From Candidatus Thorarchaeota archaeon SMTZ1-45 (GTDB taxonomy: Archaea > Asgardarchaeota > Thorarchaeia > Thorarchaeales > Thorarchaeaceae), in contig LRSL01000051.1 of assembly GCA_001563335.1 (NCBI GenBank), positions 1 to 25,348 of the forward strand: DNA of 25,348 nucleotides, given 5' to 3'. Below the pieces are notes generated by a model that did no database searches, was not told where the DNA came from, and saw only the letters and a list, made by a program, of their open reading frames with translations. This document shows, in pieces, positions 23,996 to 25,348 of this stretch; the stretch's first letter is position 1, and each line of letters begins with the position of its first letter. Both the position numbers and the translations under genes were made by a program.

Positions 23996-25348
23996 TTGGA
24001 AAGAAACCAAGTTATCGCCATAGTAGTCATAATAGTGCTTGTTGGCGGTGTTGCTGGGTATATGGTCTTCTTTGCTCCCCCACCGGCAGCAAACTTGATC
24101 ATTATGGGGACAACTGACTCTGTTGAGTCAAGTCTCGATATGGCCCAGTCATATGATTACTTTGGTTGGGAAATGATACAGTCACTGAGCTCAGGCTTGG
24201 TGGACATAGAACCCGGTTCAGAAGCCGGAGCCGACGATATCACGCCTGCATTGGCAACGTCATGGGAGTCTAGTGCAGGAGGTACAATCTGGGACTTCAC
24301 TCTTCGTGAAAATGTTTTATTCCCAGACAGTAGAGAGTTCAATGCCACTGATGTCAAATACACATTCGATAGAAACTGTAACCTGACAGGAGATGGTCTA
24401 TTCGAACTTGATGGTCCGCAGCTCAACATGGGATATGCTGGAGAAGGTGGTATTATTGAAAATGTCACAATTTTGAGTGAATTCGAGGTAAGGTTCTACC
24501 TTCAGATTTCGTTTGCACCATTCCTACAACTAATGGCATGTCAAGCATCCTACATGGTTGATAGAGCTATTGCTCCAATGGATGAACTTGTAACATACAA
24601 TACGGATGGTGACCCACTCACTCCATGTGCATTAGGACCTTATCTCCTAGAGAGCTGGTCCCGTGTTGGTGGTAGTGATGAAGAGATTAGACTTGTGAAG
24701 AATCCAGACTATTGGGATGCTGCATCTGGTTATCCAAGGACGGAAACTGTTGTCATCAAGATGTATTCAACCGACTCAGCGCTTGCAGCAGCAATGACCT
24801 CGGGTGAAATCGATATTGCCTATCGTCAATTGACTGCTACTCAAATTGAAGCATTCAAAGCGAACACTCAGGTGAAAGTTTGGGAGGGTATTGGTGCTCA
24901 GATCCAGTATCTCTGCTTCCAACAAGATATCTATCCTTACAACATCACCGACATTCGTAGAGGAATTACAGCTGCCCTCAACAGGACTCACGTCGTGGAT
25001 TCTGTTTTCCTTGGAACATTTGATGAACTGTACAGTATGATCCCAGCAGGTATGGCATATCACTCGCCAACCTTCGAAGTACATGGTGATGCTAACTATT
25101 CCTACACGCAAGACATGCTGGCACCCTATGGTTATAATGAAACACACCCACTTGTAATAGAACTGTACTATGAGAGTTCAGGACACTACCCACAGAGCCT
25201 CGAACAAGCTCAAGTTTACGCAGATGATTGGGAGGCAAGTGGAGTCATAGAGGTCAACCTTAATGGCCTGGAGTGGCCAACATTCCGACTTGCAAGGAAC
25301 GAAGGTTCGATGCCAGTCTTCATCTATGGTTGGTATCCAGACTTCATC
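23996..25348 (+). CDS. ABC peptide/oligopeptide substrate-binding protein (family 5), truncated at the window edge; absent from the ORF track
   Basis: TTG after GGAGGAGGT. N-terminal anchor MERNQVIAIVVIIVLVGGVAGY, then 'PALATSW', 'WDFTLRENVLF.D..EFNATDVKYTFDR', 'GPYLLESW', 'LVKNPDYW', and 'YGWYPDFI' at the edge. Confidence 0.93.
   Translation, partial: MERNQVIAIVVIIVLVGGVAGYMVFFAPPPAANLIIMGTTDSVESSLDMAQSYDYFGWEMIQSLSSGLVDIEPGSEAGADDITPALATSWESSAGGTIWDFTLRENVLFPDSREFNATDVKYTFDRNCNLTGDGLFELDGPQLNMGYAGEGGIIENVTILSEFEVRFYLQISFAPFLQLMACQASYMVDRAIAPMDELVTYNTDGDPLTPCALGPYLLESWSRVGGSDEEIRLVKNPDYWDAASGYPRTETVVIKMYSTDSALAAAMTSGEIDIAYRQLTATQIEAFKANTQVKVWEGIGAQIQYLCFQQDIYPYNITDIRRGITAALNRTHVVDSVFLGTFDELYSMIPAGMAYHSPTFEVHGDANYSYTQDMLAPYGYNETHPLVIELYYESSGHYPQSLEQAQVYADDWEASGVIEVNLNGLEWPTFRLARNEGSMPVFIYGWYPDFI

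Noticed and set aside
23872-25147. Minus-strand ORFs 23872..24102, 24157..24468 and 24776..25147
   Set aside because: They are antisense to the family-5 substrate-binding protein and carry no motifs.
1-25348. Selenocysteine (TGA) readthrough, CRISPR arrays, tRNA/rRNA, transposases or integrases
   Set aside because: Genes ending in TGA look domain-complete, redox motifs use Cys, and I saw no SECIS-like element, repeat-spacer array, cloverleaf or recombinase motif by eye.

Overview
AT-rich archaeal DNA that most likely comes from an Asgard archaeon, possibly Thorarchaeia. This is inferred from a Rab/Ran-like small GTPase, orphan HDxxN/QxxQ-type histidine kinases, TATA-like promoters and GGAGG/GGTGA Shine-Dalgarno (SD) motifs. 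The window is gene-dense with about 25 CDS. In order: GbsR/MarR-like regulator, two divergent orphan sensor kinases, DUF362 protein, ICMT/PEMT-family methyltransferase, cytoplasmic HtrA, EamA transporter, ABC-2 exporter, a tandem pair of paralogous 2-TM proteins, polar amino-acid ABC importer, pol-beta-like nucleotidyltransferase, DHA2 MFS pump, M48 protease, small GTPase, thioredoxin-like protein, acidic-tailed membrane protein, rubredoxin (missed by the ORF track), two hypotheticals and a truncated family-5 peptide-binding protein (also missed). I saw no CRISPR, tRNA, rRNA or mobile element. The most notable signals are: (1) a small GTPase directly upstream of an M48 protease carrying a large insert with an EF-hand-like loop; (2) apparently obligatory near-cognate start codons (ATA, CTG) at 4-nt stop/start overlaps; (3) an unannotated paralogous 2-TM pair whose upstream motif recurs at the neighbouring amino-acid ABC promoter; (4) several structured 5' leaders, some masking the SD; (5) a CGG-N9-CCG palindrome around TATA-like cores at two promoters; (6) an apparent in-frame deletion in the DUF362 gene. 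All family calls come from motif recognition by eye, not database searches.
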